From the NCBI GenBank assembly GCA_963721455.1, contig CAVRJG010000015.1, positions 32,001 to 96,000 on the forward strand: a stretch of 64,000 nt of DNA, written 5' to 3'. Below are positions 9,175 to 19,927 of the stretch, in pieces; within the stretch, counting starts at the first letter, position 1; every line of letters starts with the position of its first letter. The translations under genes were made by a program, and so were the position numbers. This DNA is from an uncultured Methanosarcinaceae archaeon. Its GTDB lineage: Archaea > Halobacteriota > Methanosarcinia > Methanosarcinales > Methanosarcinaceae. The notes beneath the pieces were generated by a model, which worked only from the letters and a program-made list of their open reading frames with translations, was not told where the DNA came from and ran no database searches.

Positions 9175-10695
9175 TCAGCCAATGTGGAAGTAAGCGTCCA
9201 CAAGTTTCCTGATTTCTTCGTTCTTGCCGTAGAGCCTCTCGCTGAGCTGGTGGTCATTAAGGGCTTCAAGGTCTTTTGTGGTGTCGTTGATCATGCCTTC
9301 GGTGAAGACATCGTACTGCATGAAAATGTCCTTCTGTTTCTTCAGGGCCTGAGCGGACTCATAGCAGGAAGCAGGCAGGTGTTCAAGCTGGGCAAGCCTG
9401 TCCTTATGTTCATCCTTGAAGATATTCACGCTGATATAGAGGTTCTTTGCAACCTCAAGGGCGTTGTCCATCTCAAACCCGTGACGGACACCTACAGCGA
9501 AAGCTGCAAAGAGGAGGTAAAGGTCAGCTGAGGGATCTGCAGCACGGAATTCAAAGGTCGACTTGTAGCTGTGGTCTCTGAACTCTTCGTTGTAGTTCGG
9601 ATTGGCTATGGCTACCATCTTGCTGGACCCTTCGGAGAACCAGCCAAGGGGCACGCGGATCAGAGCAGATCTGTTCCTGTCTCCCCAGCAGATGTTTGTA
9701 GGAGCTTCCTGGTGAGGAACAAGGCGCAGGTAGGATGTGGGGATCCTGTTTCCAAAGGCAGTGATTCCTGCTGCGATGTCAAGAATGCCAGCCATTGCAC
9801 GCTTTGCAATGTCGCTAACATTACCGTTCTCGACCATGACACTCTTTCCGTCCTTCAGGAGCTTCATATGGACATGCAGCCCGCTTCCGGCTTTCCCGAC
9901 AGTGATCTTCGGGGCAAAACTGACCCTTACACCGTACTGATCGGCAAGCATCCTGAGCATCCATTTTGCAATAAGCAGACGGTCTGCACTGTTTTCAAGT
10001 GTGTCAGTCTCAAATTCGATTTCGTTCTGCTCGTAGTAGTACTTGTCATCGGTGAAGTTCCCGACTTCTGAGTGCCCGTACTTGATTTTTCCGCCAGCTT
10101 CGGAGATGTACAACATTGCTTCCTTCCTGAGCTGGTCGAATTTGGTGAAGGGATTAGATTCGTGATATCCTCTCTGGTCAACGGCCGGGAAACTCATGTT
10201 GATTTCATCTTTGTTGGCAATGATATAGTATTCGAGTTCGCCCATTGCCTGAAGTTCATAGCCTGTCTTCTCGGTCAGGATCTGACCAGCCTTCTTCATG
10301 ACGGTTTCCGAAGCGCTTTTGAGGGGGGCTCCTTCCTTGTCGAAATAGGAACAGAGAATGTCCAGAGTGGGAATTTCTTCAAAAGGATTTAAGAAAGCAG
10401 TCCTGTATTTAGGGACGACATAGAGGTCACTTGAGTCTGCCTCAATGTATGTAAAAATACTTGATCCGTCCACTCTTTCCCCGGCGGAAAGTAAGTTGTC
10501 AAGGTGCTCTTCGTCTCTAATCACGAAGGCGAGGGCTTTAAGTCTCCCATCCCCGCCAACATAGCGGAAAGTCAGCATCTTAATGCCGTTTTCCTTGACG
10601 AACTTTATAATATCTTCTTTGGTGAATTCGCTTGCTGGTTTATTGAGGTACTGTACCAGTTTGTTCGGATTCAGTTCAACAGATGATGTTTTCAT
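9175..10695 (-). CDS. glnA: Glutamine synthetase family protein (GlnA2-type)
   Basis: DGSSI, GELEYY, HSEVG, GKAGSGLHVH, HQEAPT, NRSALIRVP. Confidence 0.93.
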   Translation of the reverse strand: MKTSSVELNPNKLVQYLNKPASEFTKEDIIKFVKENGIKMLTFRYVGGDGRLKALAFVIRDEEHLDNLLSAGERVDGSSIFTYIEADSSDLYVVPKYRTAFLNPFEEIPTLDILCSYFDKEGAPLKSASETVMKKAGQILTEKTGYELQAMGELEYYIIANKDEINMSFPAVDQRGYHESNPFTKFDQLRKEAMLYISEAGGKIKYGHSEVGNFTDDKYYYEQNEIEFETDTLENSADRLLIAKWMLRMLADQYGVRVSFAPKITVGKAGSGLHVHMKLLKDGKSVMVENGNVSDIAKRAMAGILDIAAGITAFGNRIPTSYLRLVPHQEAPTNICWGDRNRSALIRVPLGWFSEGSSKMVAIANPNYNEEFRDHSYKSTFEFRAADPSADLYLLFAAFAVGVRHGFEMDNALEVAKNLYISVNIFKDEHKDRLAQLEHLPASCYESAQALKKQKDIFMQYDVFTEGMINDTTKDLEALNDHQLSERLYGKNEEIRKLVDAYFHIG

Positions 10696-11108
10696 TATTA
10701 TCCCTTCTTTTTTAATTGGAATGTCCGAGTATCAAAGCCTCATTTTAATACTAAATTTTTTTAGGCTAACTCGTTGCCACATTAATCATAATTTTGTGAA
10801 TTCTTGCCTGATAGGAAAAAGATAACTGACTGCTGTCTATATAAAGTTTTTCTTTTTTAAATTTTTCAAAAAAAATATTATAAACAAAAGGGCAGCGCAG
10901 CTTTATTCCGCATTGTTTTGCATAATTCTATTTTTCCTGATTGAATGGAGTTGTCAAGTTAAGGGTTTTGCCTAATAAATATATTGGACAAATACAATAT
11001 AATCATTCAATAAATATAGTTATCAGATTGATAGGAGCAGCCAGAGATTTCTATCTGTTTCTTATTTCGATCTATTTTCTATTCCGTCAGGGAGAATGGA
11101 GGGGAAAT

Positions 11109-12290
11109 ATGGAGATTTACAATATTCCTGAAATTGCCAGAAATGTTTTCTGGGTTGGGGTAAAAGACTGGAACCGCAGAATGTTTGATGCTTTGATTCC
11201 GCTGCCTCAGGGAACAAGCTATAATGCTTACCTTGTGAAAGGGGAAGAAAAAACAGCCCTTATCGATACCGTGAATCCTGGTTTTGAAAAGGAGTTCGAA
11301 GAGAAAATAAACCTGGTTTCCAGCCTGGAAAAGCTGGATTATCTTATAATGAACCATGCTGAGCCCGACCACTCCAGCGCGATTCGTTATATCATGGATA
11401 GGGCTCCTGCCTCGGTGCTTGTTACGACGGACAGGGGCGTGAAAATGGCAAGTCTTTACCACGAGCTGCCTGAATCCCGGATTAAAATCGTTGCTGAAGG
11501 AGATAGCCTCGAGCTGGGAGGGAAAACCCTTCGTTTTATAGAAGCACCCTGGCTCCACTGGCCTGAAACCATGTTCACATACCTGCCTGAAGACAGGATC
11601 CTTTTCCCATGTGATTTTTTCGGAGCCCATACTGCCCAGGGGGTCTATGACGAGGATATAGAAGACCTTATTCCTCTGGCAAAACGCTACTACGGGGAAA
11701 TCATGATGCCTTTTGGGAAAATGGGGGCAAAGGCTCTTGAAAAAATAAAGGGGCTTGATATCAAAATCATTGCTCCGAGTCATGGGCCTATCTACAAAAA
11801 TCCACAGCATATACTTGAACCCTATGCAAAGTGGACTGCAGGGGAGACCGAAAATAAAGCCCTTATCGTCTATGTGAGTATGTGGGGTTCCACAGCACAG
11901 ATGATCAGGACAATTGCAGAAACTTTACTAAAAGAAGGTATAGATGTTAGAGTGTATGACCTTGCAGTCTCTGATATAGGGGACGTTGCAAGGGAACTGG
12001 TTGATTCCCGTGCTATTATCCTTGGAACTCCGACTGTCCTTGGGGGCATGCACCCTCTTGCCCTTTACGGCACTTACCTGGTAAAAGCTCTCAACCCGCC
12101 CGCAAAGTACGGGGTTGTACTGGGGTCCTTTGGCTGGGGCGGAGGCGCACTAAAACAGGCAGGAGAAATTCTGGTGCCTTCGAAAATGGAGATTGTGGGA
12201 ACCCTTCAGGTGAAAGGCAGAGCCAGGGAAGAAGACTTAAAAAAGGTTGAGGAAATCGGCCTGGAGCTTGCTCAAAAAATGAAATCATAA
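11109..12290 (+). CDS. fprA: FprA-family flavodiiron protein
   Basis: HAEPDH, HWPETM and PSHG metallo-beta-lactamase motifs plus a flavodoxin domain (SMWGST); start moved to ATG 11109 after GGAGGGG. Confidence 0.92.
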   Translation: MEIYNIPEIARNVFWVGVKDWNRRMFDALIPLPQGTSYNAYLVKGEEKTALIDTVNPGFEKEFEEKINLVSSLEKLDYLIMNHAEPDHSSAIRYIMDRAPASVLVTTDRGVKMASLYHELPESRIKIVAEGDSLELGGKTLRFIEAPWLHWPETMFTYLPEDRILFPCDFFGAHTAQGVYDEDIEDLIPLAKRYYGEIMMPFGKMGAKALEKIKGLDIKIIAPSHGPIYKNPQHILEPYAKWTAGETENKALIVYVSMWGSTAQMIRTIAETLLKEGIDVRVYDLAVSDIGDVARELVDSRAIILGTPTVLGGMHPLALYGTYLVKALNPPAKYGVVLGSFGWGGGALKQAGEILVPSKMEIVGTLQVKGRAREEDLKKVEEIGLELAQKMKS

Positions 12291-12382
12291 CCTGAAAAGT
12301 CTTTGCCTGATGATTCTGGCCTGAAGAACCGATTTTAAGCATGCGCTCAGGCTCTTTCAGTCCGGCAAGATAGATTATACAG

Positions 12383-13237
12383 TTAATCTGGCCGAGAGAC
12401 CTTACCTGACCTTTTCAGCAGCATCTGTAAATATCCATAAAGGGAAATTCCTAAAAATGCTCCCCATAAAGGCATAAGGCTTTCAACCCCTGCCCATCCT
12501 TTCAGGGTTGCGAACAAAACTGCACTCAGCAGAGCTGTCAGTTGAGCCACTCGGGTACGAAGCGGGTCTAAAGGAATTCCTGTCAGGTCCCCTCTGGATT
12601 TTATTTTCCGGGAACTGAGGACCCGTGGAATAAAAAGGAGAGCTACTGCAAGCACGAATAACCCTAACTGTGTATTCATCAAAATGCTTTCTTTTCCTGC
12701 AGTTCTTATAAAAATAAACAATGAAATTATAAATGCGATGCCCCCAAAAATGCGGTTGCCGCGATTGGGTTCCGGAAGGGAAGAGTCCAGGAAAAATGCA
12801 AGTGCTGTAAATAAGCCGAAGAGCCATTCTCCCTGAAATGAAATCCAGCCAGAAAGCAGAAGTATCGCAAGAGAATCGGAAGTTTTTGCAGGCAGCCCCA
12901 TACTCCTGTTTATTATACGGATGAGCAGGAGTTCCAGGAAAAGGGCGAGCAGGAAAGGGGAAGGAAAAAGCAGGAACCCTGCACAGCCCAAAAAAGCCGC
13001 AACAAAAGCTGAGAGCTCATTGTCAGGGTCTAGCTCCCTTGCAAATGCCCAGGCAAGAAATACCGATACTCCTGCCCTTAAGCCTGAATCCGAAGCCGAA
13101 GAAATCTCTTTCCCCAGGAAAAGTTGAAGGCCTGCGGTTCCCAGGAGAAAAAGCAGGGTAATTATTACAATTGCCCTGTTTGTGGGATAAGCAAGGTCTA
13201 TGGAGCGAGCAACTGAGCTTAACCTTTTAATCTTCAT
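12383..13237 (-). CDS. Hypothetical membrane protein
   Basis: 284-aa hydrophobic ORF with WAFARELDPD motif. Confidence 0.75.
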   Translation of the reverse strand: MKIKRLSSVARSIDLAYPTNRAIVIITLLFLLGTAGLQLFLGKEISSASDSGLRAGVSVFLAWAFARELDPDNELSAFVAAFLGCAGFLLFPSPFLLALFLELLLIRIINRSMGLPAKTSDSLAILLLSGWISFQGEWLFGLFTALAFFLDSSLPEPNRGNRIFGGIAFIISLFIFIRTAGKESILMNTQLGLFVLAVALLFIPRVLSSRKIKSRGDLTGIPLDPLRTRVAQLTALLSAVLFATLKGWAGVESLMPLWGAFLGISLYGYLQMLLKRSGKVSRPD

Positions 13238-13528
13238 TTTGATCTATGAGGGCTGAAGATGTTTAATTTTTGTGTTATTTTGTTTTTTAACAGGAATTAA
13301 GAAACACAATTTCTTATGGTATATAATGTTTGAAATTAACATGATTTAGGGAACTGTGTATTTTACGGGAAACAAATCATCCTGTGAATGAATGCCTTTT
13401 GAAGGCCGGGTGGATGGGAGTCTGATCATAGTCATTTCAGGGAACAGCCTTTTTAACAAGCCTGAACTCCCATTTTTAAGATTGTCGCTATGGCCCTGAA
13501 TTTCAAGTTTCAGATGCAGGAGTTTCTT

Positions 13529-14815
13529 ATGGAAGGGGAGTCTGAACTAAAAAAAGAACTGAATTTACTTGAAATTACTCTGGTAGGAATTGGCAATATT
13601 CTGGGAGCTGGAATTTACGTACTGATAGGAAACGCTGCAGGGCTTGCAGGCAATATGGTCTGGTTTTCCTTTCTGTTTGCAGGAGCTACTGCTGCGCTTT
13701 CGGCCCTGAGTTATATGGAACTTTCTTCCATGTATCCCAGAGCAGGGGCTGAATATGAATTTGTAAAGAGAGCGTTTGGGGAGCGTGTGGGCCTATTTGT
13801 GGGGCTGCTAGTCATCGGCTTTGTGGTAATAACCAGCTCTGCGGTCGCTCTTGGGTTTGGAAAGTATTTCAGTACACTTTTCGGGGGTGGAAATCTAATA
13901 GGGGCAGTGAGCCTGTTTTTTGTCCTCAGCCTTATCATGGTTTACGGAATAAAGGAATCTGCGAGGCTTGCTATTTTCATAACTCTGATAGAACTTCTGG
14001 GACTTTTGATTATCATTTACATAGGACTCCCCTACCTTGGCACGGTAAATTATTTTGAGGCTCCGGACCTGGCAGGGGTATTTGAGGCGTCTACGCTGAT
14101 TTTTTTTGCATTTCTCGGTTTTGAAGACATTGTAAGGCTGTCCCAGGAGACAAAGGATGCAGAGAAAACGACTCCCAAAGCCCTGCTTATTGCCATATTT
14201 TTTACAGTTTTCCTTTATATCTGCGTGGCAGTAACTGCCGTAAGCGTGCTTGATTTTCGGGTTCTCGGCCTTTCAGGTGTCCCGCTTGCGGATGTTGCGG
14301 CTGTCGGGCTTGGGAATGGTGCTTTTGTCCTCCTGTCCTGGATCGCCCTTTTTTCCACGATGAACACGGTACTCGTAGTTATGCTTGGAGGGTCAAGGAT
14401 TGTTTACGGCATGGCATATGCGGGTTCGCTTCCGAAAATCCTCTCAAGGGTACATCGCCGCTACCAGACTCCATGGGCTGCAATTTTCGGAGTTGCATGC
14501 CTCTCAATTCTGTTTGTCCTGCTCAGGGATATTACGACCGTAGCAAATATTGCTAATTTTATGATTTTTATTGTCTTTTTTATGGTCAACCTCTCCCTTA
14601 TAAAGCTCCGTTATGCCGACCCTGGAAGAAGGCGCCCTTTTAAAGTTCCCTTTAGCATTGGCCGCCTGCCCCTGCTTCCGTCGCTTGCTGCCCTTTCTAC
14701 TGTATTTCTCTTTTCCCGGCTAAATGTGGAAGTCATAGCTTATGGGCTTGTTCTCGTAGGAATCAGTGTGCTGATAGTGCTGCTCAAAAGCAGAAAGAAA
14801 AACCGGCCTGCCTAA
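13529..14815 (+). CDS. APC-family amino acid/polyamine permease
   Basis: GIGNILGAGIY, ELSSMYPRAGAEY, FFAFLGFE; start 13529 after CAGGAG. Confidence 0.9.
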   Translation: MEGESELKKELNLLEITLVGIGNILGAGIYVLIGNAAGLAGNMVWFSFLFAGATAALSALSYMELSSMYPRAGAEYEFVKRAFGERVGLFVGLLVIGFVVITSSAVALGFGKYFSTLFGGGNLIGAVSLFFVLSLIMVYGIKESARLAIFITLIELLGLLIIIYIGLPYLGTVNYFEAPDLAGVFEASTLIFFAFLGFEDIVRLSQETKDAEKTTPKALLIAIFFTVFLYICVAVTAVSVLDFRVLGLSGVPLADVAAVGLGNGAFVLLSWIALFSTMNTVLVVMLGGSRIVYGMAYAGSLPKILSRVHRRYQTPWAAIFGVACLSILFVLLRDITTVANIANFMIFIVFFMVNLSLIKLRYADPGRRRPFKVPFSIGRLPLLPSLAALSTVFLFSRLNVEVIAYGLVLVGISVLIVLLKSRKKNRPA

Positions 14816-15327
14816 TATTATAATTTTTTATTGAGTTTGAAAAATTGACCTGCCGTAGAAATGCTTAATATCGATTATTTATCAAAAATATTGTAAATTA
14901 AAGCTTTTATTGTTGATTAATCATTTAAATATGCCTCTATTCCTTTTAAAGCCTATAATATTCTTTTTTAGGGGTAAAAATTGTCTATGCATATTTCTGG
15001 AGCATCTACGATTTCTCGTTTGCTCTGCGGGCTTATAAGGGTTTTTACTTCCTTTAATAGCTAAAAAAAGCATATTTTAGCTTTTTTTAAGAATACGACT
15101 ATTTATAGTAAATATTTATTGATTTCAGTTAATTTTGTGTCTTCATATTCACTAATAATTAGTTTTATATACATTAAATCCTATTTGAATCGCTTTATTT
15201 TACGGATTATCAAAATAACTCATTATTGATTAATAATTGTTACAAATTGAAATGATACTAAAAATTATTAATCAGAAGTTACATAAGTTTAGTCAAGGAT
15301 CAGTTCAAATTTAAAAAGGGAGTAGAT

Positions 15328-16500
15328 ATGAGAAAAGAGCATTATGAGTTTCCGCTGGAGGATTTCGTTTCAAGAGACGATTTTAACAAAATTAAAAAGT
15401 TCTCCCGGGATAAAGAAACACCATTTTTGATCGTTGATCTGCAGAAGATAGAGCAAAGTTACGAAGATCTGGTAGAGCACATGCCCTTTGCAAAAATTCA
15501 CTATGCTGTAAAGGCTAACCCTATGGACGAGGTTGTGCTTGCCCTGAAAAACAAAGGCTCCAATTTTGATGTGGCAACGGTATACGAACTTGATCAACTT
15601 CTCAGGCTCGGAATAGAACCTGAAAGGATCAGTTACGGCAATACTATCAAAAAAGAAAAAGATATAGCTTACGCGTATGAAAAGGGAGTGAGGCTTTTTG
15701 TTACCGACTCTGAGAGCGATTTGAAGAAATTAGCCAGAAGAGCCCCCGGTTCCAGAGTCTTTTTCCGCATCCTTACTGAGAGTGACGGAGCTGACTGGCC
15801 TCTTTCAAAGAAGTTCGGTTCGCACCCTGACCTTATATACAAGTTTATTCTTAAGGCCGAAAAACTGGGGCTTGAACCTTATGGGCTTTCTTTCCATGTT
15901 GGTTCTCAGCAGAGGGACATTGGCCAGTGGGACAATGCAATTTCCAAATGCAAATACCTCTTTGAGGCCGTGGCTGAAAAAGGCATCCGCCTGAAGATGA
16001 TTAACCTTGGTGGGGGTTTTCCTGCAAAATACCAGGCGCAGGCTCATGACCTTGAGACATATGCCAGGGAAATCCGCCGCTTTTTACATGAGGACTTCGG
16101 GGAAGAGCTGCCTGAAATTATTATAGAACCCGGGCGCTCTCTGGTAGCCGATGCAGGTATAATCGTAAGTGAAGTTGTAATGATCTCCAAGAAGGCCAGA
16201 TTCAACCAGTACAAATGGGTTTATCTTGACATCGGCAAGTTCGGGGGCCTTATCGAGACCCTTGATGAATGCATTAAATACCCTATATTCTGTGATAAAA
16301 AGGGTTGTGCGGAAGAAGTAATCCTTGCGGGCCCGACCTGCGACAGCATGGATATTCTTTACGAGCAACACAAATACGCCTTCCCCCACACAATGAGAGA
16401 AGGAAACCGCGTATACATCTTTACAACAGGCGCGTACACTCAAAGTTACAGTTCTGTGAACTTTAACGGCTTCCCGCCGCTCAGGTCTTATCTTATTTGA
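15328..16500 (+). CDS. Ornithine/lysine decarboxylase (type III PLP enzyme)
   Basis: YAVKAN, FDVAT, FHVGSQ, NLGGGFP, EPGR, GPTCDS, GAYT. Confidence 0.93.
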   Translation: MRKEHYEFPLEDFVSRDDFNKIKKFSRDKETPFLIVDLQKIEQSYEDLVEHMPFAKIHYAVKANPMDEVVLALKNKGSNFDVATVYELDQLLRLGIEPERISYGNTIKKEKDIAYAYEKGVRLFVTDSESDLKKLARRAPGSRVFFRILTESDGADWPLSKKFGSHPDLIYKFILKAEKLGLEPYGLSFHVGSQQRDIGQWDNAISKCKYLFEAVAEKGIRLKMINLGGGFPAKYQAQAHDLETYAREIRRFLHEDFGEELPEIIIEPGRSLVADAGIIVSEVVMISKKARFNQYKWVYLDIGKFGGLIETLDECIKYPIFCDKKGCAEEVILAGPTCDSMDILYEQHKYAFPHTMREGNRVYIFTTGAYTQSYSSVNFNGFPPLRSYLI

Positions 16501-16533
16501 AAGGGCAAGGGTAGCCCTTTTCTATTTTTATTT
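16501..16533 (+). terminator. Hairpin plus T-tract after the decarboxylase gene
   Basis: AAGGGC-aagggta-GCCCTT followed by T-rich sequence. Confidence 0.55.
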
Positions 16534-16702
16534 TCCTGCAGTCTCGTTACTGTTTTTATATGTACTTATTATGGAGTTATAATTTTTTTGCCTTATTGAA
16601 ATTTTTAACGGTGGCAAAAATAGACTTTTGATCAGTAAATTTAATCAGAAACTATTTTTTAGACGGGTTATAATATATATCTACAGGATACTATAAGGGA
16701 AC

Positions 16703-16800
16703 ACAGGTTGAGAGTTTATAGGGTTTCCTCTCAATCTAAAGGGGTTGGGATCATCGATAGGGGCCCGCTAAATGGGAACAAGGCCCTTATCATCTCTTCT
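16703..16800 (+). ncRNA. Putative two-hairpin sRNA, copy 1 (divergent)
   Basis: AGGTTGAGAG/CTCTCAATCT stem, loop TTTATAGGGTTTC; GATAGGGGCC/GGCCCTTATC stem, loop containing AAATGGGAA; promoter motif at 16664-16680. Confidence 0.65.
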
Positions 16801-17110
16801 TATAAACTTTTTTACAGGTATCCTTGATTTTTCTATAGTTCTTTACTCTGCTAACCCTGATACAGGGTTTTTTTGTGTTAAATGAAACACATGAGAAACC
16901 CGGACCTTTTTACGGTTTTTGTTCTCTGGAAGGCAGCTAAAAATATAGTCTTTTACTGAAAATATATACCTTATTTGTAGGTCTAAGAGGTTTTTAACGC
17001 CATTAAAATTTCAGAAGGTAGAAAATTATTCCATTCTATTGAAATTTTAGATCAAAACAGATTTTTTGGAGCGGTTATGATATATATGTACACATGATTA
17101 TAAAATAAAT

Positions 17111-17204
17111 GTAGATTAAGAGTAATAGGGTTTCCTCTTAATCTCTGGGTTGGATCGCAGGTAGGGACCTGAGAATAGGGACTCAGACCCTACCATCTAC
17201 TTCT
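17111..17204 (+). ncRNA. Putative two-hairpin sRNA, copy 2
   Basis: AGATTAAGAG/CTCTTAATCT stem, loop TAATAGGGTTTC; GGTAGGG..CTGAG/CTCAG.CCCTACC stem, loop AATAGGGA; promoter motif at 17072-17087. Confidence 0.72.
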
Positions 17205-17580
17205 ATGCTGCTTCTTCTGCTGATAATTGCTTTTAACGTAGTTACTTCATAACTTCTCTTCTCTGATTATTCCTCTTTTTCATAATGTTTTTAATTTTTA
17301 TAAAGCTTACGATTTTTCCCAGATCTCTAAAGTTCCCCTTATTAACTGCTTTTTTGGATCCCTATGTATTATTTCGAAATTTCCCGAGGGTAGTCAGAAG
17401 AAGGAGCATTTAAATGAAATTTATCTGCAATTTAATATTGTTAATTTTATATTTACATTAAATATTTTGATGCCATTAAAAGTTTCGCTGCAAAATAAAT
17501 GTACAATATGTTTGAAAATTCAAATTACAAATTGTTTTTTGGGTCGGTTATGATATATATCCCCACGTCATCATAAATGT

Positions 17581-17673
17581 ATAGATTAAGAGTAATAGGG
17601 TTTCCTCTTAATCTTTGGGTTGGATCGCTGGTAGGACCTGAGAATAGGGACTCAGACCCTACCATCTACTTCT
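17581..17673 (+). ncRNA. Putative two-hairpin sRNA, copy 3
   Basis: Nearly identical to copy 2 (one G lost in stem 2); promoter motif at 17545-17560. Confidence 0.72.
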
Positions 17674-18153
17674 AAATTAATTTTCAGGAACACTTGCTTT
17701 TTTTCATAATGTCTTTATATTTAATAAACCTTATGACCGTTCCTATATTTTATTTAACCTGTCCGCCACCGCTTCCGAAATAGGCACGACGGGTAAATCT
17801 TTTTGTGCTTATCTACTGACCTCGACACTGAGATATAGTATATTTCTTAGCAGGCTACATGTACAGTTTTTCTTAGTAGACTATGTGTACATGTCTCCTG
17901 TATTTATAGAAAAGACTAGGATTTTTGAGATTGTTAAAATGAAGTATATTGATGAGCGTAATCTTTCTTTCCAGTGCATAGGAGAACGAAAACTTTCCTT
18001 TTTTATCTCATTATGTCTGTATTTGTACTTTACCTGGATTTGCTTCTCGAAGCGGCCTTATTATATCGTTTAAAAAGAGTTTTAAAAAGAGTTTTTCCCA
18101 AAAACCAAAATTTCCACAAAAAATCAAATTGCGTCCGGCCACCCCACCTTGAA

Positions 18154-19881
18154 CAGGCTGTCCGACAATAACCTTCGGTAATAAGAGTTTTCTGCTCAAT
18201 TAGTATGTTGCTTATTATATAATTTTGTGTTGAATATTATTATTTATGGTATTCATCAAATCTTCAAAAAATCAAGCTTGGGCTTTACCTCCAGATATTC
18301 GAGATCTTATTCCTTCAGATCATATCTGCTACTTGGTTGAGTCTTTTGTAGATGAGATGGATTTTAGTGAATTTGAAACAAGGTACGATGGTTCTGGACA
18401 CCCAGCTTATCACCCATGCATAATTTGTAAAATTTTGATTCAATCGATGCTTGATAGAGTTCGATCATCGCGAGCGATAGCTCGCAATGTTCGAGAAAAT
18501 ATAGTTTACATGTATCTGGCTGAAAACCTACAACCTGATTTTAGAACAATCAGTAACTTTAGAAAAGAAAATGAGAAACTGATTACTGAATTATTCAAAA
18601 ACACAGTTAAGGCAGCTAGGGATCTAGGAGTAATAGGTCTTGAGCAGTTAAGCACTGACGGATCCACGGTAAAAGCTTCTGCGTCAAAAAATAATGTGGT
18701 TTTGGAAGAGGTCTTGAGAGTTATTGGAGAATATGTCAACAATGAATTAAAAAAAGGTATTGAAGTAGACAAACTTGAGGATGAACAGTTTGGCAATTGC
18801 CGTGGTTACGATCAATTGAATGAAAATGGAAAATACAAAGTAAAAGCTGTAGTTGCGAAGTACATAAAACAAGTAAATAAGGATAATTCTAATGACCGAA
18901 AAAAAGAGATCAAAGACACAGTTGAAGAAGCACTTGATGAATTTGAAAAAGATAGTATTGAGAAAGTGAGCTTGACTGATAAAGAATCTCGTTTTATGAA
19001 AAACAAAAAGGGAGTATTTGAACTGGCATACAATGCCCAAATAACAGTGGACCATAAATTGGGGATTATTGTTGCAAATGATATCTGTCAAGATAGAACT
19101 GATACTTATCAATTGAAACCACAGATTGAACTTGTAGAAGAAAATTGTGGTTTGCTAAAAGAAGGCACTAAAATATGTGCAGACAGCGGATATTATTGTG
19201 GAAATAACATACATTATTTAAATCATAAGAAATTGGACCCATATATTCCAGAGCAAAAAGAAGTAAATAAAACAATAACAGAAAACATTGAAGACAACAG
19301 ATTCGATATTGGTAATTTTGAGTATAATGAAGAAAATGATGAGTTTATATGCCCTGAAAATCAAAGACTGAAGTTTTTGTATGAGGGTTATGAGAAAGAA
19401 AGGAAGAGAAAATACAGGCTTTATAAGGGAACTGAATGTAAAAAGTGTGAATTTAGTAAAAATTGTACAAAAAGGATAGATGGAGTTAGGCATTTAAAAA
19501 TCGCTGAATTTTCAAAAGAAAGAAAACAATTAGCCGATAAAATGGAAACAGAAGGAGCCAGAAAACTATATGGGCAAAGAAAGCAGGTAGTAGAACCTGC
19601 AATTGGAAATTATAAAGAGAATTTGGGGTTTAGAGAATTTTTAACCAGAGGATTGAAATCAGTCAGGAACGAGTTTAATTTAGTGTGTACTGCAGCTAAC
19701 TTAAGGAAAATATGGATTTACTCAAATAAAAACGAGATCATTAGAAAGAGAAATGGAAATAAATGGAACTTTTCACTTTAAGATTAGAGTAATAAGGAAT
19801 AGAAAACAAATCTCATAAAAAATTCCAATCCACCAGCAGACGATTTTATTTCATTACTAACAGTAATTGTCGGACAGCCTG
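18154..19881 (+). mobile_element. IS1182-family insertion sequence, 1728 bp
   Basis: Perfect 16-bp terminal inverted repeats CAGGCTGTCCGACAAT (18154-18169 / 19866-19881); 4-bp target duplication TGAA (18150-18153, 19882-19885). Confidence 0.92.
18246..19781 (+). CDS. IS1182-family DDE transposase
   Basis: GHPAYHP...SSRAI...PDFRTISNFRK N-terminal domain; DGSTVKASAS, ADSGY, RKQVVEPAIG. Confidence 0.93.
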   Translation: MVFIKSSKNQAWALPPDIRDLIPSDHICYLVESFVDEMDFSEFETRYDGSGHPAYHPCIICKILIQSMLDRVRSSRAIARNVRENIVYMYLAENLQPDFRTISNFRKENEKLITELFKNTVKAARDLGVIGLEQLSTDGSTVKASASKNNVVLEEVLRVIGEYVNNELKKGIEVDKLEDEQFGNCRGYDQLNENGKYKVKAVVAKYIKQVNKDNSNDRKKEIKDTVEEALDEFEKDSIEKVSLTDKESRFMKNKKGVFELAYNAQITVDHKLGIIVANDICQDRTDTYQLKPQIELVEENCGLLKEGTKICADSGYYCGNNIHYLNHKKLDPYIPEQKEVNKTITENIEDNRFDIGNFEYNEENDEFICPENQRLKFLYEGYEKERKRKYRLYKGTECKKCEFSKNCTKRIDGVRHLKIAEFSKERKQLADKMETEGARKLYGQRKQVVEPAIGNYKENLGFREFLTRGLKSVRNEFNLVCTAANLRKIWIYSNKNEIIRKRNGNKWNFSL

Positions 19882-19927
19882 TGAAAGGTGGGGTATGCTT
19901 CGGGCCGGCCGCCGATTTCTCGGGTAC

